Below are positions 24,387 to 34,003 of a stretch of DNA of 64,000 nt, one piece after another; positions within the stretch are counted from its first letter, which is position 1, and every line of letters starts with the position of its first letter. The stretch is taken from assembly GCA_965224245.1 (NCBI GenBank), contig OZ245046.1, positions 5,984,001 to 6,048,000 of the forward strand, given 5' to 3'. A program made the position numbers and the translations under genes. The notes beneath the pieces were generated by a model, which was not told the origin of the DNA, did no database searches, and saw only the letters and a list, made by a program, of their open reading frames with translations. The DNA comes from Candidatus Eiseniibacteriota bacterium. Its GTDB lineage: Bacteria; Eisenbacteria; RBG-16-71-46; CAZAMP01.

Positions 24387-27370
24387 ACGGTGCGGGGTCG
24401 ATCGCGGACGCCATCGGTCGTGGCGACGAGCGCGCGCTCGCCGACGTGCTCTCGGCACCCATCGTGCTGTCGGGTGACAACCTCGTCGAACGCCCGTGGG
24501 GCGGCCGCGCCCTCGCCGCCTTCAAGGGACTGCGCGGGAGGGCGGATGTTCGCTTCGGCGAGTCGTTCGAGGTCGCCGCCGATCCCACCGATCCCGAGGC
24601 GCGCGAGCATCCCAGCATGGCCGTGTTCGCGGACGGGTCGACGCGGCCGTTGATCGACCTGATCACCGCGGCCCCCGAGCGGCTCCTCGGCCCCGACGCC
24701 CACGCGCGATGGGGAGCCCGGTACCCGCTGTTGCCCAAGTTCCTGAACGCGGCCTCGCTCCTGTCCCTGCAGGGACATCCGGTCGGGCTTCCGGAGGCGT
24801 ACTACGTGCTCGAGGCGGCTCCCGGCGCGACGGTCCGGCTGGGGTTCTCGCGCGACCTGGATCCGCGCGAGCTACGCGACGCGGTCGACGTGTCGCGACG
24901 CGCGCACGAGACGCTGCGATCGCGGGTCGACGGCTCCGTGTCCGTGACCCGCGTGAACGCCCTCGTGGCGACGGCGACCCGGCTCCGCCTCGGTGGCGAC
25001 GCCGACGCGGAGCCCGACGCGAGACCGACGAGCACCCTCGCGGCCGCCGTCACCTCGGCCATGGATGGGCTCGGTCTGGACGGCGATCGCCGCGATCGAC
25101 TCCGAGACGCGATCCTCGACGTGGCCGCGGCCAACGCCGCCTGGCTCGATCGGCTTCACGCGGTTCCGGTCCGGGCCGGCGACGTGATCCTGAACGCCAG
25201 CGCGGAGCGCCGACGACAGGGCGTTCTCCAGGCGGACGTGCACGCGCTGGGGGACGTCGACGCGCACGAGGTTCTCCTCCTCGAGGTGCGCCGGCCGGGC
25301 AAGACGCACCGGCTCTGGGACTTCGGCCGCCTACCGGTACGCGACGTTCACCCCGAGGACGCGCTCGGCGCGCTCGTGCTCGGTCGGGTGGATCCGGATG
25401 CATACCGGCACGCGCCGGAGATCATCGCGGGACGTCCGGGCGTGTTCCGCTCCGCCGCGTGCGAGGCGTTCGTGATCGAGCACGTTCGCCCCCCGGACGT
25501 CGGTGTCCGGCTCGAGACTCACGGGCGGGCCGAGTCGCTCCACGTCGTGCGCGGCCGGGTCCGGCTGAGCGCGGGAGGCCGGACCTGTCTCCTCGAGCGA
25601 GGGCGGAGCGCCGTGGTCCCCGCCACCGTGTCGGCGTACGAGATCGGTCTCGCGCCCGACGCGCACGACGACGCGGACGCCGAGGTCGCGGGCGTCCCGG
25701 AGGTCGTCCGCGTGGTCCCCGGGCTCGACATGGACCGTCCCCCGGTGGAGACCGCGGCCTCGAACGGCCTGACGAGGGGAGACGGCGGACGGTCGGGGCT
25801 CCGGTTCGGCACCAGCGGGCTCCGGGCCCTCGTGACCGACATGACCGACCGCGAGGTGGTCGTGAACACGCGCGGCTTCCTGCGCTACCTCGTCGAGACC
25901 GGCCAGGCCCGGCCGGGCGGTACCGTCCTCGTCGCACGGGACCTGCGAGAGCGGGATCCGACGAGCGGCCTGTCGTCGAGTCCGCGCATCGCCGCCGCGG
26001 TGGTGCACGCGATCGTGGCCGAGGGCGCCCGCGTCGCCTACGCGGGACCGGCTCCGACACCCGCGCTCGCGTACGCGGCGCAGCTCGACGCGGGCGGACC
26101 GGCGCCGTCGATCATGATCACCGGAAGCCACATCCCCGCCGACCGCAACGGGATCAAGTTCTACAAGCCGGGTGGCGAGGTGCTCAAGCGCGACGAGATC
26201 GGCATCGCCGCCTGGGTCGCCCGCGTGCGAGCCGAGGCCGAGCGCGGCGCGCCGGCGGGTGGCGCCACGTTCGGTCCGGACGACATGTTCGTCGAGCCCG
26301 TGCCCGAGCCCCCGATCTCGGTCGACGTGACCCCGGCGTACCGCGAGCGCTTCATTCGGCTCCATCCCGGCCGACCGCTCGAGGGGTGGCGAGTCGTGGT
26401 CCACGAGCACTCGAGCGTGGCCCGCGACCTCCTGGCCGACGTGCTCGGTGCGCTCGGGGCCGAGGTGCGGAGCGTCGAGCGGGCCGACACGTTCGTGCCG
26501 GTCGACACCGAGAACGTCGACGCGGATGCGCAGCGGCACTACGCACGGCTCGTGCGCGAGGAGGGGGCGGCGGCGCTGGTGAGCACCGACGCGGACGGCG
26601 ACCGCCCGCTGGTCGTGGACGATCGCGGTCGCTTCGTCCGCGGAGATGGGCTCGGCGCGCTCGTGACCGAGATTCTCGGCGCCCGCGTCGCGGTCGTTCC
26701 CGTCAGCTCGTCGGACGTGGTCGACCGCCACCTGGAGGCGCACGCGGCGAGGTGTCGGCTCGTGAAGACGCGGATCGGATCCCCCCACGTCATCGGCGCG
26801 ATGGGCGCCGCGGCCTTCGCCGGGGACGATCGCATCGTGGGCTGGGAGGCCAACGGGGGATACCTCGTGGGAACGGGGCTGGCCGTGAACGGCGAGTCGC
26901 TGGATCCGTTGCCCACCCGGGACGCCATCCTCCCCATCGTGACCGTGCTGGCCGCGGCGGCGCGCGGTGGGATCACGGTGTCGGCGCTGGTGGATCGACT
27001 ACCGGCCCGGGCGAGCGCGGGCGGGCTCATCGACGGCGTCGATCCCACGCACGCGGCCGAGCTGATCGCGCTGGTGACCCCCGGCCCGGATCGGCCGATG
27101 TCGACCGTTCGGGCGCGGCTGGACGAGCTCGCGTCCGGCTTCCCCGGACGCGGCGGCATCCTCGGGGTCGACTGGCGCGACGGCGTTCGCATCACGTTCT
27201 CCGGCGGCGACGTGCTCCACGTCCGACCGTCGGGAAACGCGCCCCAGCTCCGGATCTACGTGGTCGGCGACGACGCCGCCGGCGCCGAGTCCCTGCTGGC
27301 GCAGGCACTGGACCCGCGCTCGGGTATCCTGTCCGCGCTGGAGGCGATCGCGACGCGCGCCCGACGATGA
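24383..27370 (+). CDS. Fused type I mannose-6-phosphate isomerase (cupin) + phosphomannomutase
   Basis: GTGA overlap with ddl. N-half: PWGG, GESFEV, PLLPKFLNA, LSLQGHP, EAYYV, VHALG, RLWDFGR. C-half: FGTSGLR, PTPALA, TGSHIP, DADGDR, EANGG, RPSGNAP. No stop codon between the halves. Confidence 0.85.
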   Translation: MNGAGSIADAIGRGDERALADVLSAPIVLSGDNLVERPWGGRALAAFKGLRGRADVRFGESFEVAADPTDPEAREHPSMAVFADGSTRPLIDLITAAPERLLGPDAHARWGARYPLLPKFLNAASLLSLQGHPVGLPEAYYVLEAAPGATVRLGFSRDLDPRELRDAVDVSRRAHETLRSRVDGSVSVTRVNALVATATRLRLGGDADAEPDARPTSTLAAAVTSAMDGLGLDGDRRDRLRDAILDVAAANAAWLDRLHAVPVRAGDVILNASAERRRQGVLQADVHALGDVDAHEVLLLEVRRPGKTHRLWDFGRLPVRDVHPEDALGALVLGRVDPDAYRHAPEIIAGRPGVFRSAACEAFVIEHVRPPDVGVRLETHGRAESLHVVRGRVRLSAGGRTCLLERGRSAVVPATVSAYEIGLAPDAHDDADAEVAGVPEVVRVVPGLDMDRPPVETAASNGLTRGDGGRSGLRFGTSGLRALVTDMTDREVVVNTRGFLRYLVETGQARPGGTVLVARDLRERDPTSGLSSSPRIAAAVVHAIVAEGARVAYAGPAPTPALAYAAQLDAGGPAPSIMITGSHIPADRNGIKFYKPGGEVLKRDEIGIAAWVARVRAEAERGAPAGGATFGPDDMFVEPVPEPPISVDVTPAYRERFIRLHPGRPLEGWRVVVHEHSSVARDLLADVLGALGAEVRSVERADTFVPVDTENVDADAQRHYARLVREEGAAALVSTDADGDRPLVVDDRGRFVRGDGLGALVTEILGARVAVVPVSSSDVVDRHLEAHAARCRLVKTRIGSPHVIGAMGAAAFAGDDRIVGWEANGGYLVGTGLAVNGESLDPLPTRDAILPIVTVLAAAARGGITVSALVDRLPARASAGGLIDGVDPTHAAELIALVTPGPDRPMSTVRARLDELASGFPGRGGILGVDWRDGVRITFSGGDVLHVRPSGNAPQLRIYVVGDDAAGAESLLAQALDPRSGILSALEAIATRARR

Positions 27371-27418
27371 CGGCTCCGGTTTCCCGGGGAGACGGGGCTG
27401 GCTTACACTCGACGTGAC

Positions 27419-28789
27419 ATGATGAAACGTTGGATGGGCTCCATCACCATCGGGATGCTGGCCCGGGCCAGCGGGTTGCGTTTCGATCGAGAGCTCACGA
27501 GGCTGCGCGAGGAGATCCACCTCCCGCGAGCCGAGCTGGAGGCCAGACGCGACCGGCGTCTCCGGCGGCTGGTGCATCACTCGCATCGCGACGTTCCCCT
27601 CTACCGGCGCCTCATGGACGAGGCCGGGGTCGAACCCGACGCCGTGCGGTCCTGCCGTGACCTGAAACGACTGCCGATCGTGGACAAGGCCACCCTTCGA
27701 GACGCGTTCGGCGACGGTGCGGTGGCGCGCGGCGCGACCGGGTTGATTCCCAAGTCCACGTCCGGGACACAGGGCATGCCCCTTCGGATGGTCGTGGATC
27801 GGCCGCAGCGCGCCGTGCAGATGGCGCGAACCACGTTGATGTTCGAGATCTCCGGGGCCCCGTTCGGCACGCCGGTGTCCGTGATCGCGGCAAGGTCCGA
27901 CACCCGATCGCCGGAGCGGCGGCTGTACGAGTGGATCAAGCGCGAGCGGCGGTTCCACGTCGCGTCGTTCGATCCCGGGTCGGTCGCCCGGCTGTACACG
28001 GACCTCGTGGCCGCGCGCGGGGTGCTCCTCCAGGGCGGCGTGACGCCGCTCCTCGTCGTGGCCGAGTACATGGAGCGGGTCGGGGATCGGCGGCTCCGTC
28101 CTCGTGTCGTTCACGCGATCGGTGAGCAGCTCTTCGACGCCGACCGCGCGCGACTGGCGGGCGTGCTGGGTGCTACCGTCGTCTCCGTGTACGGCTCGAA
28201 CGAGATCTACGGGATCGCGCAGGAGTGCACGGCCGCGGGCCGGATGCACGTGTTCCCCGACGTGGTCGCCGAGATCGTCGACGACGACGATCGGCCCGTG
28301 CGCCCGGGCCGGCCGGGACGGATCATCTTGACCGATCTGACGAACACGGCGATGCCGTTCATCCGATACGACATCGGAGATCTGGGACGCACCGTCGAGG
28401 AGACCTGTACCTGCGGCAGCCCGATGCCGCTGATCGAGCTGGGAGAGGGGCGGATCTCCGATCGTCTCGTGACACCGGGAGGCAAGGTGCTGAGCGCGCC
28501 ACATTTCTCACAGCTCGTGCTCGAGCATCCCTGGGTCCGCGCGTTTCAGGTCGCTCAGACCGCCCCGGATCGGTTCGTGCTGCGCGTCGAGGCAGCGGGC
28601 GGCGTGGACGGCGAGGTCGTGTCCGCGCTGCGCGCCGACGCCACGCGGCTGGTCGACGAGACCGCCGTGCTCGACGTGGAACCGTACCGGCACCTCCCGG
28701 TCTCCCGGAACGGCAAGCGCCGGGTCTTCGTCTGCGAGACCACGCCCCACCGCGCGCGGCCGGCCCGGACCGCCGGCACGGACCGCTGA
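27419..28789 (+). CDS. Phenylacetate-CoA ligase-like (CapK/PaaK) adenylate-forming enzyme
   Basis: VPLYR, LPIVDK, STSGTQG, YGSNE, TDLTNTAMPFIRYDIGD, EGRISD, NGKRR. Confidence 0.85.
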   Translation: MMKRWMGSITIGMLARASGLRFDRELTRLREEIHLPRAELEARRDRRLRRLVHHSHRDVPLYRRLMDEAGVEPDAVRSCRDLKRLPIVDKATLRDAFGDGAVARGATGLIPKSTSGTQGMPLRMVVDRPQRAVQMARTTLMFEISGAPFGTPVSVIAARSDTRSPERRLYEWIKRERRFHVASFDPGSVARLYTDLVAARGVLLQGGVTPLLVVAEYMERVGDRRLRPRVVHAIGEQLFDADRARLAGVLGATVVSVYGSNEIYGIAQECTAAGRMHVFPDVVAEIVDDDDRPVRPGRPGRIILTDLTNTAMPFIRYDIGDLGRTVEETCTCGSPMPLIELGEGRISDRLVTPGGKVLSAPHFSQLVLEHPWVRAFQVAQTAPDRFVLRVEAAGGVDGEVVSALRADATRLVDETAVLDVEPYRHLPVSRNGKRRVFVCETTPHRARPARTAGTDR

Positions 28790-28794
28790 CCCGC

Positions 28795-29676
28795 ATGCGC
28801 AGGCCCACGAGGCGCGCCGTCGGGCGCATGCTGGCCGCTCTCGTGCTGCTGGCGGCCGCGCTCGTGGCCTATGCGAGATGGATCGAGCCCCGGCGCCTCA
28901 CGGTCGAGCACGTGACGCTGACGATTCCGGGGCTCTCGCCGGCGTTGGAGAGCCTCCGCATCGTGTTCCTCTCCGACCTCCAGGTGGACGATCCCGGCTC
29001 GCACGAGACGCGCCTGCACGACACACTCGTCGAGCTGGACCCCGACCTGCTCCTGATCGGCGGGGACTTCGCGAACGTGCCGTACTGGATGATCGACTAC
29101 ATGCGGCACGCGAGCGCGGCGTGCTCCGTTCTCGCGGTCGCACCCGCGCGCATGGGCAAGATCGCGGTGTGGGGCAACAACGACATCCCCGAGGCCATCG
29201 GGCCCCTCGCACGCGACGCGGGGATCCGCGTCCTGGAGAACGAGTGGACGACGCTCTCGTTGCCGGGGGGCGAGCTGACGATCGTCGGGCTGGACGATCC
29301 CGTCTCCGATCGCGACGACTGGGACGCCCTGTACGCCGATCCGCCGCCGAGCCCGATGCTGATGCTGGCACACTCGCCGGACGCGTTCGCCGAGGCGGCG
29401 CGCCGGGGGGTGCCGGCGCTCCTGGCCGGCCACACCCACGGTGGACAGGTCGTCCACCCGCTGATCGCGCTCTGGCCTCACATCTTTCTGTGCCTCGAGC
29501 CGGGGACGCCCGCGTACCGCGCAGGTCGGTATCGAGCGCCGGATGGGGGACCGAGCGTGCTCTACGTCAGCCGGGGGATCGGCACCTCGCGGTTTCCGTT
29601 CCGCTTCCTGTGTCCACCCGAGGTGACGGTGGTGCGCCTGGTGGCCGCGCCGCTCGCGACGGCATCCGTCGACTGA
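28795..29676 (+). CDS. Membrane-anchored calcineurin-like metallophosphoesterase (YkuE/YaeI-like)
   Basis: N-terminal TM then WIEP; motifs SDLQ, GGDF, GNND, AHSPD, GHTHGGQ, YVSRGIG...RFLCPPEV. Confidence 0.85.
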   Translation: MRRPTRRAVGRMLAALVLLAAALVAYARWIEPRRLTVEHVTLTIPGLSPALESLRIVFLSDLQVDDPGSHETRLHDTLVELDPDLLLIGGDFANVPYWMIDYMRHASAACSVLAVAPARMGKIAVWGNNDIPEAIGPLARDAGIRVLENEWTTLSLPGGELTIVGLDDPVSDRDDWDALYADPPPSPMLMLAHSPDAFAEAARRGVPALLAGHTHGGQVVHPLIALWPHIFLCLEPGTPAYRAGRYRAPDGGPSVLYVSRGIGTSRFPFRFLCPPEVTVVRLVAAPLATASVD

Positions 29677-29686
29677 GCCGCGCAAC

Positions 29687-30820
29687 CTAGCGGGCGGTCG
29701 CCTGCCAGGTCGTGAAGGTCTCACCCCGTGTGTGCGCCCAGATGCCCCGGAGCGCGGCCAGGTTCAGCAGACAGAAGTAGAACGGAACCGACAGGATCGC
29801 CGGTACCCGCCCACGACGCTTCATGAGGGCACCCAGAAGCCCCGCGGCCACGAACGCCACCTGCGCGCCGAACGTGATCCGGTAGAAGGTCGCATCGAGA
29901 AGAAACGCGTTGGACACCAGCATCGCCACGAGCGGAATCGGCAGGTACCACTTCAGGAGTCGCAGGAACACGATTCCGAGCGCCAGCATGGGATGCTTCA
30001 GGACGTTCAGCGACTCGGGGATCTCGTAGACCCCCCGGAGCGCCTGCGCGACGATGCGCGTCCGGCGTTTCAGCTCGTCCTCGTCGGCGAGCGGCCGGGG
30101 CAGGAACGCCTTCGCATCCGGCACGAACACGGTGCGCTTGCCCTGCATGAGGGCCAGGATCGGCGCGGCCCAGTCGTGATTGAGCCCCTTTCCGACCTGC
30201 TGCACGTACCGCTTCGGCATCGCCATGTTGCACCCGGCGGCGCCGAGCATCGAGTAGAGGACGCCCATGCGGCGCCGGAGCAGAAGCTCGTAGGCGAGCC
30301 GGACCCCGACGCCGGTCGCGCCGGCCCCGGACGGGTTCGTGAAGCCGTGCCACCCGGTCGCGCAGCCCACGTTCCCGTCCGCGCAGTGGGCGACGAGAAG
30401 CCGGGCCGCCTCGGGGTTGTGGTAGGCGGTCGCGTCGGTGAAGTAGATGATCTCGCCCCGGGCCTCGGTGGCCGCGGCGTCCTGAACGGCCGTCTTGCCC
30501 AGGCGGGGGTAGCGGATCACGCGAATGCGGTCGTCGCCGAACGCCTCGGCGATCTCGGCGGTGCGGTCGGTACAGCCGTCGAGCGCGATCAGGATCTCGA
30601 GACGTTCGGGGGGATACTCGAACGCCAGCGTGTTCCGGATCTTCTCGGTGATGTGCTTCTCCTCGTTGTGCGCGGTGATGAGGACGGTGAGGGGCGGCCG
30701 ATGGGCCGGGTCCACGGCGACGGGACGACCGAAGACGTAGGACAGCCCGATGATGGCGGCGGGTAGCACGACGAGGTTCAGGAGAACGAGCCCCGCGGCG
30801 ACCCAGAAGATGATCTCCAC
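29687..30820 (-). CDS. Glycosyltransferase family 2 with N- and C-terminal TM helices
   Basis: ITAHNEE, YPPERLEI, DGCTDRT, GKTA, FTDA, KRRTRI; hydrophobic termini. Confidence 0.88.
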   Translation of the reverse strand: MEIIFWVAAGLVLLNLVVLPAAIIGLSYVFGRPVAVDPAHRPPLTVLITAHNEEKHITEKIRNTLAFEYPPERLEILIALDGCTDRTAEIAEAFGDDRIRVIRYPRLGKTAVQDAAATEARGEIIYFTDATAYHNPEAARLLVAHCADGNVGCATGWHGFTNPSGAGATGVGVRLAYELLLRRRMGVLYSMLGAAGCNMAMPKRYVQQVGKGLNHDWAAPILALMQGKRTVFVPDAKAFLPRPLADEDELKRRTRIVAQALRGVYEIPESLNVLKHPMLALGIVFLRLLKWYLPIPLVAMLVSNAFLLDATFYRITFGAQVAFVAAGLLGALMKRRGRVPAILSVPFYFCLLNLAALRGIWAHTRGETFTTWQATAR

Positions 30821-30973
30821 CCGCCGAACTCCCGGTCGATTGAACGCTTACAGCCGTTGGCCACCAGATCGAGCGCCCGCTATAGTACACTACTTCGCGA
30901 TCGACGTGACCCGGGGCGTCGCGGTCTCCGCGCGCGTCGGCCCATACGAACCTCCCGGTCGAACGGTGGCCAG

Positions 30974-32383
30974 GTGACCGATCTTCTGACGCCCGCGGTC
31001 TTCTTCTCCCTCAGCGCGGGCCTGATGGCGGCGCTGATCGCCGTGAGCCAGCCCATCTTCGGCCTCATCCTGCTGGTGCTGGCCGCCGTCGCGATCGACT
31101 TCGCCACGCACAACCTCGTCCTGATGGGGGCCGCCGACGGGATCATCGTGGGCATGCTGCTCCTGGCGGTGCCGCGCGAGAAGTCGGTCGCGATGCCGGG
31201 CGAGCGCCTGCGCGTCCGGACGCCCTTCGATCGCTACTTCCTCTGGCTCGCGCTCCTGGCCATCGTGTACCTGATCGTGGGGCTCGCCCGCGGAAACGAC
31301 CTGGTGTTCACGCTGGGCGACTTCTATCACGTGTTCCTCGAGATGGCCGTTCCGTTCTTCCTGATGACGATCTTCCTCCGCCGCCGGAGCCGACTCGAGC
31401 GTTTCGACCGGGCGCTCGCGTTCTGGTCGCTCGTGCTCTCGATCGTGGTGCTGATCCTGTACGCGACCGGGACGCTGCAGCGCCTGGAGGGCGCGGGCGG
31501 GTTCTACCGGCACAGCTCGATGTGGCGCATCCGCGTGAACTCGAACTTCCCGATGTTCCCGCTCGTGTGGCTGACGGCGATGTGGTTCTTCCAGGCCAGA
31601 AGTCGCGAGCGCACGATCAACGGGTTCGCCTGTCTGGCGCTGATGGTGGTGCTCGTGCTGACCCTGAAGCGCACGCTCTGGATCGGCTTCGCCGGGATCA
31701 CGCTGTTCTACTTTCTCGCGGTCGGCGCCCGTCAGAAGGCCTCGGCGGTCCGCACCGTCATGCTGGGGACCTTCGCGCTGTTCGCCGTCGGGTGGTTCCT
31801 GCTGCCCAAGGAGCGCTTCGACCCCGCCCAGGAGCTCGAGGTGTACACGCGGTCGATCCAGAAGCGCTTCTCGTCGCGCGAGAGTGACCTGAACGTCTCC
31901 TGGCAGAACCGCGTGGCCCAGCTGTCCGATTCGATGAAGGAGATCGCGGCCAACCCGCTCGGCTACGGTCTCGGCAACGAGGCGCTGGTCCGATTCAGCT
32001 TCCGGGGGTCCCGGCAGCCGACGCACTACATCCACAATGCGTTCATCCACTACCAGCTCCTGATGGGGTTCTGGTTCCCGCTTCTGATGCTCCTGATCTC
32101 GATCGGGGTGATCGGGCGCGGCTTGCGCCTGTTCCGCCGGCTGCCCGACGGTCAGCTGAAGGGATCGGTGCTGGGGGCCGTCGGGTGCTTCATCGCCATC
32201 CTGGTCTCCTCGCTGACCGAGATCGGGACGAACACGTTCTTCCTGCCGTTCTCGGCCGCGTACGTCGTGCTCGCCGAGCACGTCGCGCGGGAGGAGGGGA
32301 TCATCCGGTCTCGAATCGACATGATCCGCGATCGCATGGACGCCAGGGCGGCCGCGTCGGTGGGCGGCGCCGGCGACTCGTAG
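30974..32383 (+). CDS. O-antigen ligase/polymerase (Wzy/WaaL-like) integral membrane protein
   Basis: About 11-12 hydrophobic segments; TLKR, periplasmic loop with SWQNR, NPLGYGLG and HNAFI. Start codon uncertain. Confidence 0.78.
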   Translation: MTDLLTPAVFFSLSAGLMAALIAVSQPIFGLILLVLAAVAIDFATHNLVLMGAADGIIVGMLLLAVPREKSVAMPGERLRVRTPFDRYFLWLALLAIVYLIVGLARGNDLVFTLGDFYHVFLEMAVPFFLMTIFLRRRSRLERFDRALAFWSLVLSIVVLILYATGTLQRLEGAGGFYRHSSMWRIRVNSNFPMFPLVWLTAMWFFQARSRERTINGFACLALMVVLVLTLKRTLWIGFAGITLFYFLAVGARQKASAVRTVMLGTFALFAVGWFLLPKERFDPAQELEVYTRSIQKRFSSRESDLNVSWQNRVAQLSDSMKEIAANPLGYGLGNEALVRFSFRGSRQPTHYIHNAFIHYQLLMGFWFPLLMLLISIGVIGRGLRLFRRLPDGQLKGSVLGAVGCFIAILVSSLTEIGTNTFFLPFSAAYVVLAEHVAREEGIIRSRIDMIRDRMDARAAASVGGAGDS

Positions 32384-32390
32384 CCGACCG

Positions 32391-33194
32391 ATGCGAACGG
32401 CTCTGATCTGTCACGAGGGCGCCGTCCTGCCGCTTCAGGGCATGACGCGCTGGCTGGCGTCGTTCTCGGACCTGGTCGCGATCGTCGTCATCGACGAGCG
32501 GCCCGAGCGGAGGAAGGGACGCATCCGGCGGGAGATCGCGCGCGTCGGATGGTGGCGGTTCCTCGACGTGCTCGCGTTCCGGGTCTACGCGAGGTTCGCG
32601 CTCGCCCCCGGTGACGAGCGCTACCGCCGGCGACAGATCGAGACCCTGCGCCGGGAGTATCCGACCGACCCGCCGGCCGTACCGGTCCACGAGACCCACA
32701 GCCCCAACACGAAGGCCACGCGCGCGTTTCTCCGCGAGCACCGCCCGGACGTCGCGATCGCGCTCTGCAAGAACATCCTGTTCAAGAGCGTCTTCTCGAT
32801 CCCGACGCACGGCACCTACGTGTTCCATCCCGGCGTGTGTCCCGAGTACCGAAACGCGCACGGGTGCTTCTGGGCACTCGCCCACGACGATCTCGAGCGG
32901 GTCGGCATGACGCTCCTGCGGATCGACGAGGGGATCGACACCGGTCCCGTCCTCGGGTACTTCTCCTACGACTTCGACGAGATCCGGGAGAGTCACAACG
33001 TGATCCAGAACCGAGTCGTGTACGAGAACCTCCCTCGGATCCGCGCCGTGCTCGAGGACGTCGTCGACGGCCGTGCGGCGCCGATCGACGTGAGCGGACG
33101 TGAGTCACGCGAGTGGGGCCAGCCGTGGCTCTCGAAGTACGCGTACTGGAAGCGACAGGCCCGGAAGCGAGCCCGAAGGCGGCCCGCGCGATGA
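32391..33194 (+). CDS. Formyltransferase (Fmt N-terminal-domain family), probably a sugar N-formyltransferase
   Basis: FSIPTHG..VFHPGVCPEYRN, VGMTL.RIDEGIDTGPV; polysaccharide-locus context. Confidence 0.8.
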   Translation: MRTALICHEGAVLPLQGMTRWLASFSDLVAIVVIDERPERRKGRIRREIARVGWWRFLDVLAFRVYARFALAPGDERYRRRQIETLRREYPTDPPAVPVHETHSPNTKATRAFLREHRPDVAIALCKNILFKSVFSIPTHGTYVFHPGVCPEYRNAHGCFWALAHDDLERVGMTLLRIDEGIDTGPVLGYFSYDFDEIRESHNVIQNRVVYENLPRIRAVLEDVVDGRAAPIDVSGRESREWGQPWLSKYAYWKRQARKRARRRPAR

Positions 33195-34003
33195 ACGTGG
33201 CGCTTCTGTATCACGACGTCGTCGAGCCGGGACGGGAGAGCACCAGCGGGTTCCGGGGCGCCGACGCCGACAAGTACAAGCTCACCACCGATCGGTTCGT
33301 GGCCCAGCTCGAGGCGATCGGAGCGCTCGGTCTGCGCGGCGTCCGGGTGGACGATCCGGGTGATCGTGACCCCGCCGTGGCCGGGCCGCCCCGGGGCGTC
33401 GTGCTGACGTTCGACGACGGCGGCGCCAGCGCGCCCGCGATCGCCGAGCTCCTGGACGAGCGCGGGCACACCGGGTACTTCTTCATCACGACCGATCGCA
33501 TCGGCTCCGACGGCTTCGTCACCGATCGGGACGTCGCCGAGCTGCACGCACGGGGACACGTGATCGGGAGTCACTCCGCATCCCACCCACTCATCTTCTC
33601 GACCCTGAGCCCCGCGGACATGAAGCGCGAATGGGATCGGAGCCTGGAGCGTCTGTCCGAGATCGTGGGCACGCGGCCCACCACGGCGTCGATTCCGGGC
33701 GGCTACTACTCGCGCGCCGTGGCCGAGTCCGCGGTCGCCGCGGGGATCCGGTGCCTGTTCACGTCCGCGCCGGTGGCGTCGCCGTGGCACGTCGGCGCCT
33801 GCGTGGTTCGCGGGCGATTCAACGTCGACGTGACCACCCCGACGCACGAGGTCACCGATCTCGCGCGAGGTCGCATCGCGCCGCGGGCACGGCAGTTTCT
33901 CGTGTGGAACGCGAAGAAGCTGGCCAAGCGCGTCGGCGGAGCCCAGTACGTGCGTCTCCGAAAGGCGCTCATCGCCCGGCGGGCCGGCCGTGACCCACAC
34001 TGA
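33191..34003 (+). CDS. Polysaccharide deacetylase (CE4/NodB family)
   Basis: LLYHDV, LTFDDG, IGSHSASH, SIPGG. ATGA overlap with the formyltransferase. Confidence 0.9.
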   Translation: MNVALLYHDVVEPGRESTSGFRGADADKYKLTTDRFVAQLEAIGALGLRGVRVDDPGDRDPAVAGPPRGVVLTFDDGGASAPAIAELLDERGHTGYFFITTDRIGSDGFVTDRDVAELHARGHVIGSHSASHPLIFSTLSPADMKREWDRSLERLSEIVGTRPTTASIPGGYYSRAVAESAVAAGIRCLFTSAPVASPWHVGACVVRGRFNVDVTTPTHEVTDLARGRIAPRARQFLVWNAKKLAKRVGGAQYVRLRKALIARRAGRDPH

